A stretch of 63,836 nt of DNA, the filler included, from Rhizaria sp. SCN 62-66 (Eukaryota): assembly GCA_001724265.1 (NCBI GenBank). It is 5 parts of 5 records of this genome, joined end to end, with 100 filler letters (N's around TTAATTAATTAA, not from the genome) between each part and the next. Parts side by side here need not be neighbours in the genome. Positions count along the whole stretch, not along the records: positions 1 to 12,925 come from MEDY01000527.1; 4 more parts are not named here. One strand, written 5' to 3'. The position numbers were made by a program, and so were the translations under genes. Shown here piece after piece: positions 1-13,025 of this stretch. Each line of letters starts with the position of its first letter. Position 1 is the stretch's first letter. Below the pieces are notes generated by a model that saw only the letters and a program-made list of their open reading frames with translations, had not been told where the DNA came from and did not search any database.

Positions 1-195
1 GGCCTCAGCGGCGATCTCCATGGCGGCGAGGGTGCACTCGTCGTCGAGGAGCTTGCCCTGGAAGATCAGGCGCATAGACTCGGACGAGACGCCCTGGGCG
101 AGCTCGACCTGGGCCTTGAGGGCCTTGACGGTGGTCTGGGAGGAGACGTCAACGGTGACGGTCTCGCCCGCAAGGGTCTTCACAAACACCTGCAT
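1..195 (-). CDS. Ubiquitin-like domain protein, 3'-partial (possibly a FUBI-eS30-type fusion)
   Basis: ATG at 195 gives MQVFVKTLAGETVTVDVSSQTTVKALKAQVELAQGVSSESMRLIFQGKLLDDECTL, a ubiquitin-fold pattern (MQIFVKTL...RLIF.GK.L.D..TL) too divergent to be ubiquitin itself. It runs off the window and is absent from the ORF track. Confidence 0.85.
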   Translation of the reverse strand, partial: MQVFVKTLAGETVTVDVSSQTTVKALKAQVELAQGVSSESMRLIFQGKLLDDECTLAAMEIAAEA

Positions 196-1007
196 CTATA
201 CTCGGGAAGCAACAAGATAGACAACACAAACGTGAGGCAAAGAGACGCGGACAAAACAGAGAGAGGAAAGCAAAAGATGAGCATGCAGCGAAGCGTCAGG
301 CCGAGAGCATCCAAGAGCATCAAAGCAAGTGCGCGTTTGAGGCACAAACGCAGTAGTGAGGTGAGAGCAATAAAAGGTCAATAGAGAATAGTGCAAGACA
401 ATCGTATCACACAAACTCCTGGGCAAAATAACGTTTCCCTCGTTGCACTGGAGCCGATCGCAGATCTCCCGCTGCCCGCCGCGGCATCTAAGTGTAGCCC
501 AGCCCACCCCCGCGGCCTACCTTTTCCCCACGCTCACGGTCGGCTGGCAGGCTCTGTGGTCCAGTAGAGACTGACTGACGGCTCGGTCGGTCAGCAGGAA
601 GACGAGGGCAGCATTTCGAACGACTTCACAAATCAATCGATATCGACATGAAAACATCGTTGTTTGCAATTATGATTTGTTTGTTTAGCCTATTCTTACA
701 ATTGATGTATTTGTTGCAATAATATTTTTTGTATCTTTGCAGCCGTTGTATCGTCGCGTGCGTCCGAGCAACGATCAGTGGACCCCTCTCCCTCGTTGAG
801 TTTGTTGTGGTTAATCGATTATCGCAACTTTTGTGTCGCATCCCCCAGCAACACCCCTCCATCTGATTTCACTTTCTAGCGCTGCCTGTCTTCTCCTTGC
901 AGCGAGTGTGAGTGAGAGGCCCAGCCCCCTGCCTGGCGCTTCCCACCATTTGGTCCTCGTCCGGCCTCTCCGCCCCGTCCCTGCGCCGTCAGGCCTCCAG
1001 CCCCTCG

Positions 1008-4000
1008 ATGTCTGCGCACGCACTTCCACCGCCCCCGCTCTCGGGACTCGGCCTTGGCATTAACGCCCCCAGCAACGGCGGCGGCAGTGGCTTTGGCAGC
1101 AGCGCGGGCGCGGGCGGCGGCGCCAGCACTGGCAGCAACAGCTACGTGGGCGGCAACAGCGGCGGCGCGACCCCGCTCAGCCCGCTGGGCTCCCCCAGCA
1201 GCGGGCTGCTGCTCCCGCTGCCCGCCGGCATGGGGCCCAAGACGCACCCAAGCAACGTTGGCTTCAGCCTGGGCGCCGCGTCGGCCGACGGCCGCGGGCG
1301 CGTAGTGGCCACCATCGTCGGCGTCGTGCTCTTCTTCCTCCTCCTGTCCTTCTTCGTCGCGCCGCCGCCGATGCTCGTCGCCAAGACGGGTGCGCTCTAC
1401 GGCGGCGACGGCCAGGGCCCGCCATCGCTGCCGCTGGACAAGGCCGCCTCGCCGACAGGTCTGCCGTTGGCCAACTACGCCGCCGTGATCGACGCCGGTT
1501 CCTCGGGCTCGCGCATCTACGTCTACCAGTACCGCCTCCCCTTCTCGGACCAGTACAACCCCGCAGGATCCGGCGCCAGCTCCTCCAGCTCGAGCCCCAG
1601 CTCTAGTGTGAGTGCGGGCGCGGGCGCAAGCGCGGCTTCGCTGGACGGCAAGGTGAAGCAGGTCGCCCCCGGCGGCGACGTGACGGGCGACCCGACGGCG
1701 GACGTGCTGCACATCGCCATCGCGGAGGACGCGCAGCACCGCGCAATCATCAAGAAGCAGGAGCCTGGGCTCTCGGCCTTTGGCTCCCACCCCGCCGACG
1801 CCTTTACCTCGATCAAGCCGCTGCTCGACTTCGCGGCCGCGCACATCCCGGCCCCACTCGTGGCGTCGACGCCCATCTACATCCTCGCCACGGCCGGGCT
1901 GCGCCTGCTGCCCGCCGTCGAGCGCGACGCAGTGCTCGAGAGCGTCCGCGCGGGGCTCCGTGCCGAGGCTGCGCGGGGCCGGTTCTCCTTCACCTCCGAC
2001 TCGCAGGTCAACGTCATCTCGGGCGAGGAGGAGGGCGTCTACGGCTGGGTCGCACTCAACTACTTGCGCAACCGCTTCGGCGACCTGGCGCAGCCCTACC
2101 CTACGGGCGGCCTTGACCCGCACTCTTTCTCCGTGCTGCCTACGCCGCCAGTCAACCCCTACTACCTCGACAACGCCAGCAGCAGCGGCAGCGGCAGCAA
2201 CGGCTCGCAAGCGTCTGGCTCTGGTTCTGGCGCTAGCGCTGGCGCCGGTGGCGGTGGCGAGCGGACCAACCGCCCCGGCCAGGGCAAGCACCTGGGCGAA
2301 GTTGACAGCGCTGGCGCCACCAACACTGGCACGGGGACAGGCGCGGGCACTGGTAACGCGAGCGCGGCGGCGCCCACGACCGTGGGGCTGGTCGAGATCG
2401 GCGGCGGCTCGGCCCAGATCGCGTTCGAGGCGCCCGATGTGGAGGACATCGACATCGATGGTGACGGCATTCCCGACCCAGGTACGCGTTCTGACAGACG
2501 AACAAAGAACTTTGTGTTTTGATTAATATGCTCGGCTGCATGGTTTCTTGATGAAATGTGTGTATTTGTCTCAGATTGTGATGTATCACTTTCTGTAATT
2601 CTTTCTTTGCTTCTCATCTCCTCTTCTCTTTCTTTTTGTTTTCAGGCACTGGCAAGCCGCACCCGCCGGACTTTGTGTTCAACCTCGACCTCGACCTCGT
2701 CTCCTGCGACTCGTCCAGCTCCGGCTCCGGCGCGGGCGCTGTGTCTCCCGGCAAGACGGTGGAGATGCTGACCGGCGAGGAGGCGGTGCGTCAGCGCGCC
2801 ATCGGCCGCCTGGGCAAGGGCGGGCACAAGTACTCGGTCTACACGGCCTCGTTCCTGGGCTTCGGCGCTAACAGCGCGCGCGACCGCTACGTGGCGGCGC
2901 GCGCAGAGGCCGCGCGGCGCGAGGGCCGCCGCTGGGGCCGCATCGAGGACCCGTGTTTGCTGGAAGGGCAGCAGCAGCGCTTCCGCGCCGCGCTGGTCGG
3001 CGGCTGGGGCGAGAACGTCGAGGCCGTCGAAGACGCTGCGGGCAGCGCTGCGATCGACAAGGACCGTGATCACTACACGTTCGTGGGCACGGGCGACTGG
3101 CACAAGTGCCGCGAGCTGTTGGTGCCGCTGCTGGACGCGGACCTGCCGTGCCCGTACCCCTGCCCCTTCGGCGGCAAGTACCAGCCCGCGCTGACGCCCG
3201 CCGTGCTGGCCAAGAACTTTTACGCCTTCTCCGAGTACTGGTACAGCACGCGCGACGTGCTCGACATGGACCCTGCCGCCTTCTCGGGGTTCGCGCTCGA
3301 GCAGGCCTCGCTGGCGCTGTGCCAGAAGGACAGCAACAGCTTCGCCAAGGCCCAGGAACGGCTCCGCGCCGGCGGGTACCCGGCCGCGACGTCGCTCGCG
3401 CGCCTGCGCCAGCAGTGCTTCAAGTCCGCGTGGCTCGACGTCGTGCTCTTTCGCGGCCACGGCTTCCCGCGCGCGCAGGCGCAGTCGGTGCAGCCGGTGA
3501 GCTCGATCGAGGGCACCGAGGTCCAGTGGTCACTGGGCGCGTTGCTCGTGCTCGTCACCGACAAGGTCAAGGCCGATCGCGGCTTCTGCCGCGCGCTGCA
3601 GCGCAACGACAACATCGCCGACGCGCACATGAAGGCCACGTTCGACCACGCTCGCAGCGCCCTTATCAGCGGCTCCACCACGGGCTCCACCACCGGTTCT
3701 GGCACCGGCTCCGGCTCTGGCTCTGGCGCGGCGAGCGGCGACCACAAACCCGGCAAGGGTTACGCCGAGACCCCCGTCGGCAGCAGCAGCGGCAACGGCG
3801 GCGACGATAATAACAACGAAAGCGAGAGCGGCGCGACGAGCCGGTACGCGTGGCGCGCGGGCGTGCTGCTGCTGCTGACCATCGGCGGCGTCCTGGCCGC
3901 CGGCAACGTCCTCGTCCGCGTCTGCGCGCGCGCGCGCCGTAGGGCCGGCCTCAGCCTCGGCGGCGGCGGCAATGGCGGCGGCAGCGGTGGCGGCAGCGGC

Positions 4001-4096
4001 GGCAGCAGCGGCTTGATGGGCGGCGACGACGGCAGCAAGAGCCGGTCGGACATCCGGTGGCAGCCCGTGCCGATGATCGTCAGCGGCGAGGTCTAA
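1008..4096 (+). CDS. GDA1/CD39 family NTPDase (apyrase), YND1/ENTPD4-like, ~974 aa; join(1008..2481,2646..4096)
   Basis: Apyrase conserved regions IDAGSSGSR, ATAGLR, EEGVYGW, EIGGGSAQ and WSLG, plus FYAFSEYWY and QCFKSAW. N- and C-terminal TM helices. Phase-1 intron GTACGC...TTTCAG at 2482-2645 joins the two ORFs. Stop TAA. Confidence 0.93.
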
Positions 4097-4120
4097 GGAC
4101 AGCGTGTGGAAGTACGCACT

Positions 4121-4160
4121 TTTGTTTGTTTGTTTGTTTGTTTGTTTGTTTGTTTGTTTG
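4121..4160 (+). repeat. (TTTG)10 microsatellite in the apyrase 3' UTR
   Basis: Ten perfect TTTG units read directly. Confidence 0.97.
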
Positions 4161-5643
4161 TGATTTGGTGTTGCATTAAAAAAATATTAAACCGTGTTAC
4201 ATTAGCGTTTATGGGTGATATTTGACTACCCTTTTGTACTTTTATTATGATGACGACTTCAGGCAACATTGTTGATCCTGATTCTCATCACTACCTTGTA
4301 AGCAAGGACAATACAGTGTGACTGACTTGGTCGCGCTCCTCTTAAGACAATTCAAGACGCACTGAAAGAAAAAACATCTCCTTCAACATCTCCTTTAATA
4401 AAAGCTCATAGGCGACAATTATGCATTTAATACGTACGTACTGTACTTGTATTCATTTGTTGTCACGGGCTAAGTAGTTACGTGCGGTGTTTGTCCCCGG
4501 AATTGGTTCGAGAGCATAACTATGAGTGTATTGATGCATGATTACATGAGAAATCGCGAAGTGACAACAATCTAGACATGAGATATCAAACTTAGCGTAG
4601 AACAGAAGGCTGGGGCCTAATTGACAACCTAACAGTATGTTTTGCTGCAAAAGCGGGTAGATATTGGGACAGGACTAATAGTACGGCTGCGACAGCGGCC
4701 AGCGTGCTTAGGTAACAAGCACGCGAAAGATAATGATTTGTAGAACAACAATGACGACAACCAACAACCAAAAAAAAAGACAGCGAAAAGTAGAGTGTAA
4801 CACAAAAAGTGAAACACTATAGAACACGGAATACGCATCTCACACTCGTGAACATAGCCACACCCGACTTACATTTTAAGCAGTTGGCACTTGTACATGT
4901 AAGATGTAAGTACTGCCGAGCACAGTATGAAATGAGAATGTCGCTGTCACACAGGTGATCTCATGGTTAATCGAAGAAACAGAACGTTTGAATAAAAAAA
5001 GATGAGAGCGACAAAAAAGAGGAGCAATGAAAACAAAACAAAGTAGGTGTGAAGGGGCATTCGATGTACAACGCCGTGCAACATACGGGCAGGAAAAACG
5101 TGAAATGGGCACATTGGGGCGAACTAGTCGCATGCTCGGATCAAGAGTAGTCGAAAATAAAAGCAAGAGCAACCATCGTGTTACTCCACTCTCTATTAGA
5201 GATGGGTGTAGTTGTACACAGAAGATGCACTTGTGTGGCATTAGCACATAGCACACACTCGTCGCTAGGCAGCGAGAATAGAAATGCAGGGACATACTAC
5301 TAGCGTGACGAAAACAAGAAAACTGAAACACATTGACAGCATTGGATGATAGTAATAACACTAACAAAGGAGAATGCAAGTGCGCAAGCTAAGAATAAAC
5401 ACCGAGAAACCTTCTAAAAACACACAAACACATCCATACATTCATCGATACGCACAACACAGAGACGCACATTTGAACCTAAAAAGATGATACAATGAAC
5501 CAGAATCAGAAACTAATATGAACAAGACAGAAACCATGAGGAAGAGAAAACAAAAACAAAAACAAAAAAGATATTGGATAATACAAAGACGTGACTGAAG
5601 CAAAGTCCTGAGACGTGTTCGAAGTGCTGTGCTGGCTTCTGTC

Positions 5644-8600
5644 TTACTCGTTGTGTTCGTGGTCAGCGACGTCCTCGGCCACGACCTCGTCGCCGCCGTC
5701 GAGCCCGGCGGCGCCGTTGCTGGGCAACGCGGCGGGGCTCTCGCGCGCGCTCAACGGGGCGGGCTCGTCCATGCCGCGCTCCGACAGCGACGCGCGCGCC
5801 GCGGACACACTGGCAGGGCGGGACGCCGTCGCGGGGCGGCTGTACTCCGGACTGTGGGACGCGACGGGCACGGCGTCGACGTCCTCGCTGACGACGGCGT
5901 CGTTATGGTCATGCTGGTCGGCGCCAGGAGCGCTCTCGTGTGCGTCCGCGTCGTGCGCGTCCGCGTTGTGGCTGTCGGCGTTGCCTCCGTCGTCGTCGTG
6001 ACCGTAGCCAGGGCCGCCCGCGGCGACCGCCGCGCCGGCGCCGAGCCCGGCGGCCGCGCCGTAGCCGGCGTACTCGCCGCCGTGCGGCGCAGCGCTCTCG
6101 TGCGCGTCAGGGTAGGGCGCGGGGGCAACCTCAATGACTTGCGCCGACTGCGGCTGCCCGTAGCCGTGCTCGCCGCCGAAGTTCTGGTTCTCGGCGTAGT
6201 CGGCGTGCGTCGGCTCGTCGGGCGCGTACTGCGGCTCCTCGTAGGCTGGCGCGGGGCCCGGCTTGGCGTAGTGGTCGTCGCCGGGCGCGTTGGCCGCGTT
6301 GGGGTCGGCGCCGTACTCATCGTTGTCGCCGTGGTTCGCAGTGAGCACCATGCCCGCGCCCGCACCCGCAGCGGCGCCGGCGGCAATGCCGAGGCCCATG
6401 GGAGCGGCGCGCGAAGGGCCACCGTAGTCGTTGTTCTCGTAGTCGTTGTTCTTATGGACCATCTCGATGCCATCTTCGGCGTTGGGGTCGTACTGCTGCT
6501 GGGGTTTGACGGAAACGATGGCGCGCTCGTAGGCGGGGTCCGACACGTTCATACCGGCGTTGTTGTCGCCCTACGCAAAGAAGAAAAAAAAAAAAAGAGG
6601 AAGATTGAAAGAGAAAGCAATGAAAATTTAGCATGATACAAAAAAAAAATAGCAAATTTGGTTAAGACATGGAATATTGTTTGAAAGTGAAATGATTGTG
6701 ACAAATATGAAACGTACATGAATTCCCTCAGTGAAGGCCTCCTCGGGGACGACGACGCCTGACGAGATCTCCGCGGGCGTGGGGAGCTTGGAGAACTTGA
6801 GGCTGTGGCGTTCAAACATCTTGCCCCACAGGTAGGGGTTGAAGCGTTTGCGGCCGAGCAGGGCGGCGGGGACGGCGCAAATGAGCGTGGACCACATGAT
6901 GAGGTACCAACCGGCGATCATCCAGTACAGGGACGAGAACGTGGTGCAGCAAACGGAGTCGACGACCTTGAGGTACGAGCGCGAGAGCGAGCGGCAGCCG
7001 GCAATAGCCTCGGCGCCGTCGACGAAGGTGCCGAGCGAGCCCTTGGCGTTGGTGGCGAACGCGCGCACGACGGGCTGGAGCTTGGGTCCCATGCGGCCGA
7101 AGACGTTGTTGTCGGGGTCGTCGAGCTTCTCGATGATGTAAGTGTTGGGTAGGTCCGTGACCTGGGTGTGGATCTGCTTCCAGACGTCGATGATAGCCGA
7201 GTCGGTGCCGCACGACGTCTTAGCGAGGTCGTTGACGACGCGGGGGATGTTGACGGTGACGTTCTGCGAGTTGGAGATCTTAAAGAAACACTGCTCCTGG
7301 GTGCCAGAGCCGCCGAACTGGCTGCACGCGTCGCCGCTAGTGAACTCCTGCACGAACGAGTTGGCGGACTGGCACGTGTCACCGAATGCCAGCATGACGG
7401 GCCAGAAAAGCGCGCCGACAATCAGGAAGCCTAGCACGGTGTTCATGAACATGAGGCACAGCGAGCAGTTGGCGCAGTGCGTAGAGCAGTTGCCGCAGAA
7501 GCGCGTCTTGCAGAGCCAGCCGAGCAGCGATGCGAGCAGCAGCGTGAGCACCATAAAAGCCGGGAAGATGAAGGACAGCGAGAAGATCTGCGTGTAGGTC
7601 AGCGGCACTGGTGCCATGTCGGTGATGTCGCCGATCTGCGCGCTCTCGACCCAGTTGATCTCGTTGCTGAGGCACTTCTGCGTATAGCACTTTTCGCCGT
7701 CAGGGTACGAGTTGCCCTGCGCGTCTTCGCTGTAGCGGTACGCCAGCGGGGAGTCACCCGCGAGCTGCGACATGTCGGCCACAGACAAGAGGTAGTAGAC
7801 CGCGCCGTGCGCGACCGCGGCCTTGTTGTCGACGCGGTTGATCACGTCGACGATGTCGTCGACGTCGGACGCGAGGTTGACGTTGATCGTGAAGAGCGAC
7901 TGCGCGTCGTCAATACAGTCGCCGAAGGTGTCGACGGAAGCGACAAGCTGGCGCGTGGCCTCACCGAGGCCCTGCTGCAGGTACACGTCCCACAGCTTCG
8001 CCTTGCCCATGTCGGCGTACAGGTTCGGCAGGCAGACGTCGAGCGAGTCGAGCAGGCTGTCGAAGTCGGTGAGCGTGCCGAGCACCTCAGACCTGATGTC
8101 GTCCACCTGGCCCGAGACGTCGTCGATGTCTGACTGGATGTCGACGCCCTTGATGGCGTCGAACGTCGCCTCCAGGATCTCGATGCGCGCCTGCGTGACG
8201 CCGGGGCTGAAGTTGTTGATGCGGCCGATGAAGGCCTCCGCGCCCTCGATGTTGGTGATCACAGGGGCCAGCGAGGAGAGTCCGGTCACCATGTTGCCCG
8301 TCCTCGTCTTGATCTGCGTCGCCGCGTCCGCCGCGAACACGCCCGTGTCGGCCGTGGCTGAGGACGCGAGCGTGGAGATGGCCGCTGTGCGGTCAATCGA
8401 GACCCAGCGGTAGGTGCTCTCCATCGCCGTCAGCTCCGTCGCCGTGTAGCCCGTGTAGCCGCATGTGGCCCCGGTCGAGACGCCGTCGCACACGGTGTCT
8501 TCGGTGCACGTCGTGGTCGGGGACACCGGCTGGCGCGAGGTGGGGTCGAAGCAAATCGCCACGGCCTGGCACACGCCGGCTCCGATGTCCGTGCAGTCGT

Positions 8601-11048
8601 CCGTGGTGGTGCAGGTGGTGATGGACGAGAACTCGCACACGCCCTGCGTGTGGCCCGCCAGAGACGTGCCCAGCGCGTCGACGTCGGCAACGGACTGCGA
8701 GGTTGCGGGCACCCACGACGCCGCCGAGGCCCACGCCGCAGCCACGGGGGTAAGCTGCGTGATCATGTTGTTCACCAGCGTGCGCGCGGCCGCGATCGGC
8801 GCCGTGTTGGCGCCCGCAACGGCGGTGGCAAGGTCGCCAGACGTCTGGATGAGGTAGTCCATGAAGGCCGCGAAATCAGCCTCGTCTTGCGGGGAGATGT
8901 CGTGGTTGTCCTTGTAGTTGGTCAGCGCAGTGGCCACGCCGTCAAAGCTGGCGATGCCGAGGACCGCGGTGATGTTGTCGGCGCGGCCCTGCTGCTCGGC
9001 CAGCACCGTGTCGAACTGGTTGAACGAGTTCTTCATGTTGGTCATGGTGCTCTGCGCGTCGTCGACGACGCTGCCCAGCGCGATGAGCGTCTGGTTGAAC
9101 TGCACGATCTGGGTCATGATGTCATCGCCGCAAGTCGTGATCGCGTTCGCGTTGGTCGAGAAGGCCTGCACGTCGGGCCCGATCAGCGGCGCGGCGCGCA
9201 CGGGCGCCAGCGCAGTGTGCAAGTTCGTCGCAGCGGTCGCCGCAGTGCCCAGCAGGGCCTCAAGGTCAGTATGAGTGTCAAAAACGGACTTGGTGAGCGG
9301 GAGCGCGGCCTTAAGGTCGTCTGCGAGCGTGGCGTCGAACGCGGTCTGTGTCGTCGAGGCGGGCGTCACAGCGCCGAGCGCGAACGCGGCCTCGATGGCC
9401 TTCTTGATCGGGGCGAGGACGTCGTTGAGCACCGAGTTGCCGTTGTTGGCGCTAAAATCGGGTGGCACACCCGTCTCCCACATCGGCTTGAGCTCGGTGG
9501 CGCGCGCGGTGAAGTCGGTGGCCCACTTCTGCGCGGTCGCCAGCGGCGGCGCGTAGCTGGACAGGTTGCTCTGCGCGTCGATCAGACCGCGGAAGGCGGC
9601 GTTGCCGCCCGCGCGGCCCGTGGCGAGGTTGGTCGGGCCCACGGGCTGCGTGGTCCAGTCCTTGATGCTGGCCTGGAAGGTGGCCATCGACATACTCGAT
9701 GACGACTGCGCAGCGGCAGCCAGGGTGTCGGCCTCGTCGACCGCCTGGTCGAGAGGGTAGTAGTTGACCGTGGCGGCCTGCTGCAGCGAGGCATCGCCAA
9801 TAAAGACGGTGCGCCAGCTGGCATAGGGCGTGACAATGTCGGTGCCTAGCTTAACCGAGATCTCGTCCATGGTGTCCTTGAGGGTGGTCATATAGGGTTT
9901 GGCGTCTTCGTAGGCGTCATTCCACGCAGTGAGCGAGGCCGCGGTCGAGGTAGGCACGGTGAGCTCGTTGAGGTTGGCCTCAATGCAGTCGAGCGAGGAG
10001 CGCACGAGCGGCATGTCGACGTTGTCGTAGATGGTCTTGTTGACAGTCTTAAGCGTGTTGACGACCTCGACGTTGAGGTCCGCCGTCATCAGGTTCGCCG
10101 TAGGGGTCACCATGCCGTACGCCATCGAGGCCGCCGATGCGGGCGACTTGACCACGGACTTTAGCGCGGGCGCGACGGCATAGACGCCGCCCGCCGCAGC
10201 CGCGATCATGAAGCCCGTGAGCACAGCGATAGAGATCCAGGCCAGGATGCGCGCCGTCCAGCGCTCCCAGGCCGGGTACGCAAAGCCGCCCTCGGCGTCC
10301 GTGTCGCGCACGTAGCCCCAGCAGCCGCAGCAGCACGTCGTGTCGCCGGTAACCTTGTACGCGTTGAGGTTCTTGATCGAGGGCGCCGAGTAGCAGCAGC
10401 AGCCGCAGCCGTTGCCATAGCCGCAGCAGCAGCAGCAGTAGCGGCAGGCGCAGAAGATCAGGAAGAAAATGAGCGTGCCCAGGAAAAAGGCGAGGCCAAA
10501 GAAGACGTACATCGAGATGGACTGGAGGTAGACGACCGAGGAGTCGGGCGGCGCGCCCGTCTTGATCACGTCGCCGAAGGAAGGCGTCGTGAACGCGCAG
10601 GTGAGGTTGGTGCACGTCAGGAGGTCATATGCGGCGAGGTCGCTCGAAACCTGGGGTGGGAATAAAGCAGGAAAGGACGCAAAATGGAGAGTGGGTCAGA
10701 ATGCCACAGAAATAAAGAGAAATCGCGACGGTTTAGAAGGGAGGATGCGAGTTAAGTTAGTGTCAGTTGAATGGCGGTCCTAGGCGAAGAGCGCGGTCAG
10801 GCGAGACGTAGAGGGAGATTTCCAATGGAGTGTTGTGATAGCAACAAGAAACGTACTTTAGCACCGCTATAATCAATGCGTGGCAAAGTCGAGACATCAA
10901 TAAACGAGTCGTGGGTGGTTGTGCAGGTCTTGCACTGGGGCGAAGTACCAGAAGGCTCGCATGTATCCGCGGCCGCCGCGAACGGCAAGGCTGCAGTGCT
11001 CATGAGAGCGAGAAAAAATGCGAGCAGAAAAGTATGAAGAGCCCCCAT
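5644..11048 (-). CDS. Prominin/tweety-like 5-TM glycoprotein, ~1683 aa; complement(join(5644..6570,6718..10650,10857..11048))
   Basis: Signal peptide MGALHTFLLAFFLALMSTAALPFAAAA. TM1 is followed by a Cys cluster (CACRYCCCCC), then TM2, a very long helical ectodomain, TM3/TM4 followed by DTC, a second loop, TM5 and an acidic tail. Two phase-0 GTACGT...YAG introns link three ORFs. Stop TAA. The family call rests on architecture only. Confidence 0.7.
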
Positions 11049-11621
11049 ACTTCCTGGCGCAGGTGTCATAAAGGAACACAGATCAAAGGTGACTTAGGTG
11101 AGGAAAAACTGGCAGGAGGTTCAATTAGAAACGACCATCCAGTCCACGCAGCGTCTCCAGGCAGATACTCTCGATGGGCAATTCAATTTTGGAACAACAT
11201 GAAAAAGGAACAGTAAAATCGCGTATGGACAAAGTTGTTCATGCAAAATGAATCGTAAACCAGGGGAAAGTCGCGCGGCACTCACTTTTTCGAGTGATCC
11301 CAAACTCACACATCCTGCAGCTCGCCATTGGTCACAGCCAAAAAACAAACCATTTTCGCGAACCGCGACACCCACCAGCCAGCCAACCGGCCCAGTTGAT
11401 TGCTCGCTCCTTCCGAAATACGCCTCTGTAGACGGTTTTTAATCGTCACTTGTTGTCGTACGCAAGACAGAGTCGATTGAAACTGTTTTTTATTGGTATG
11501 TTTGTTCTAAATCTGTTCAGTCGCAGATGAACCGTGCTAACCCGCAACCAAATCCACTCGTTTTTTCCCTTCGCTCCACTTTATCTTGGTCGTCCGCGCG
11601 CCGTCGTACTCAGCCCGCTAG

Positions 11622-12512
11622 ATGTCGCGTGGGGCAGCCGACGCCTAGTATGACGACTACCTGTCGGACCGACGTCCCCTCGTCGAGCGCCACGACGACC
11701 CTGTGCGCGACTCGCGCCACCGCCGTGCTGTCGGCGCCAACGGCCCGTACTTGTACGACGACGAAGACGACGATACAGACGGGAACGCTGACCGGCGCCA
11801 CGTGCCGCCCTCGCGCCGCGTCATTGAGCCCAAGCCCAGCATGGGGTGCTGTGCGCGCATCAAGGACCGCATGCGCCAGTACTACCTGTACCACCTGATC
11901 TCGTTCCTCGCCCACTACTTCGGCCTCGCCATCGCCATCATGACCACGGTGACCTCGATCACGCGCGAGAAGAAGGCCATCTCCGTGTCCTCCGGCGTCG
12001 GCGTGCTCGCCGTCATCTCGCTCGTTGTCGACCTGTATCTACTGCACCACCACTACGTCAACGAGACGTACTTCCCCTACTGCGCCGCGCCGCACCTGCT
12101 CTTCATGCGCAAGAACAAGCGCGTCGATCCGCAGCCGCCGCCAAACGAAACGCTGTACTTCACCGAGAAGCTCCTCATTTTTTGGCAGGGCTACATTTTT
12201 GTCATTATCCCCTACACGAACCTCGCCACGGCGCTGAACCGGCGCAAGGGTGCGATGACGACGTGGGACGAAGTAATCCTCACGCTCATTATCGTCCAGC
12301 TCTGCATCACGCTCGTCGCCTGGGTCCTTTTCATCGGTTTCTACCTCGTCTTCATCTTTGAGATGCTGATTCGCTTCTTCTGCTTCTTCTGCTGCCTCTA
12401 CCGCCCCCGCAAGAACACCGCGCCCGTGCCGACGGACGACCACATCTTCGCCTCCCACTCCTCAGACCCCATTTTCTACATTCCCTACGAGTTCCTCTAC
12501 GAAAACTTGTGA
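11622..12512 (+). CDS. Hypothetical 4-TM membrane protein (296 codons if TAG 11646-11648 is read through; otherwise starts at ATG 11841)
   Basis: GC3-biased frame with four hydrophobic segments and Cys clusters. ATG 11622 is in frame, but codon 9 is TAG. Stop TGA. Confidence 0.7.
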
Positions 12513-12925
12513 ACACCGCACGGAACAAGGGACAAGTTCAAAACGAATGTCTGTATACGGTATATCGACGGTCGTCTTGCTGCAAAGAGTATTCTAAGTG
12601 AGCTAGGGCCACAGCAACGGTCGCGAGGTGGCTGAATTGCTTTAAAATGTCACCCTAACTGTTTTAAACTTGCTTTCTGGTCTGACAGAAGTGAATACAC
12701 ACGTTTTAACTTTGATTTCATCCCAATTGACCTGTGATTTTTAAATTTTGAACGTTTCGACAACAGTTGTTTCTATTTTTATCTTAGACCAGTTTGACCG
12801 TTCAAAATATAGATCGCCAGAAGTTGTTAACCCCTATGTAGCGTCAACTAAAAAACGCCAAAAACGCAGTTTTCGGCAGGTAACTTCCACAATAGAAATC
12901 TCTGTGAAATAATCGTCAAAGCTTA

Positions 12926-13025
12926 NNNNNNNNNNNNNNNNNNNNNNNNNNNNNNNNNNNNNNNNNNNNTTAATTAATTAANNNNNNNNNNNNNNNNNNN
13001 NNNNNNNNNNNNNNNNNNNNNNNNN
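12926..13025. other. Artificial contig spacer
   Basis: 44 N + TTAATTAATTAA (stops in all six frames) + 44 N. Confidence 0.98.

Noticed and set aside
876-2291. Long antisense or alternative-frame ORFs (also 21990-24023, 41380-43059, 13300-14502, 50397-51704)
   Set aside because: Shadows of GC3-rich real genes, with Arg/Gly-rich nonsense translations.
11527-11898. ATG 11527 ORF as the true start of the 4-TM gene
   Set aside because: Different frame, and no consensus intron joins it while avoiding a TAG.
12970-12981. TTAATTAATTAA motif recurring four times
   Set aside because: Artificial six-frame stop linker inside N runs. It is not biological, and synteny across it is meaningless.
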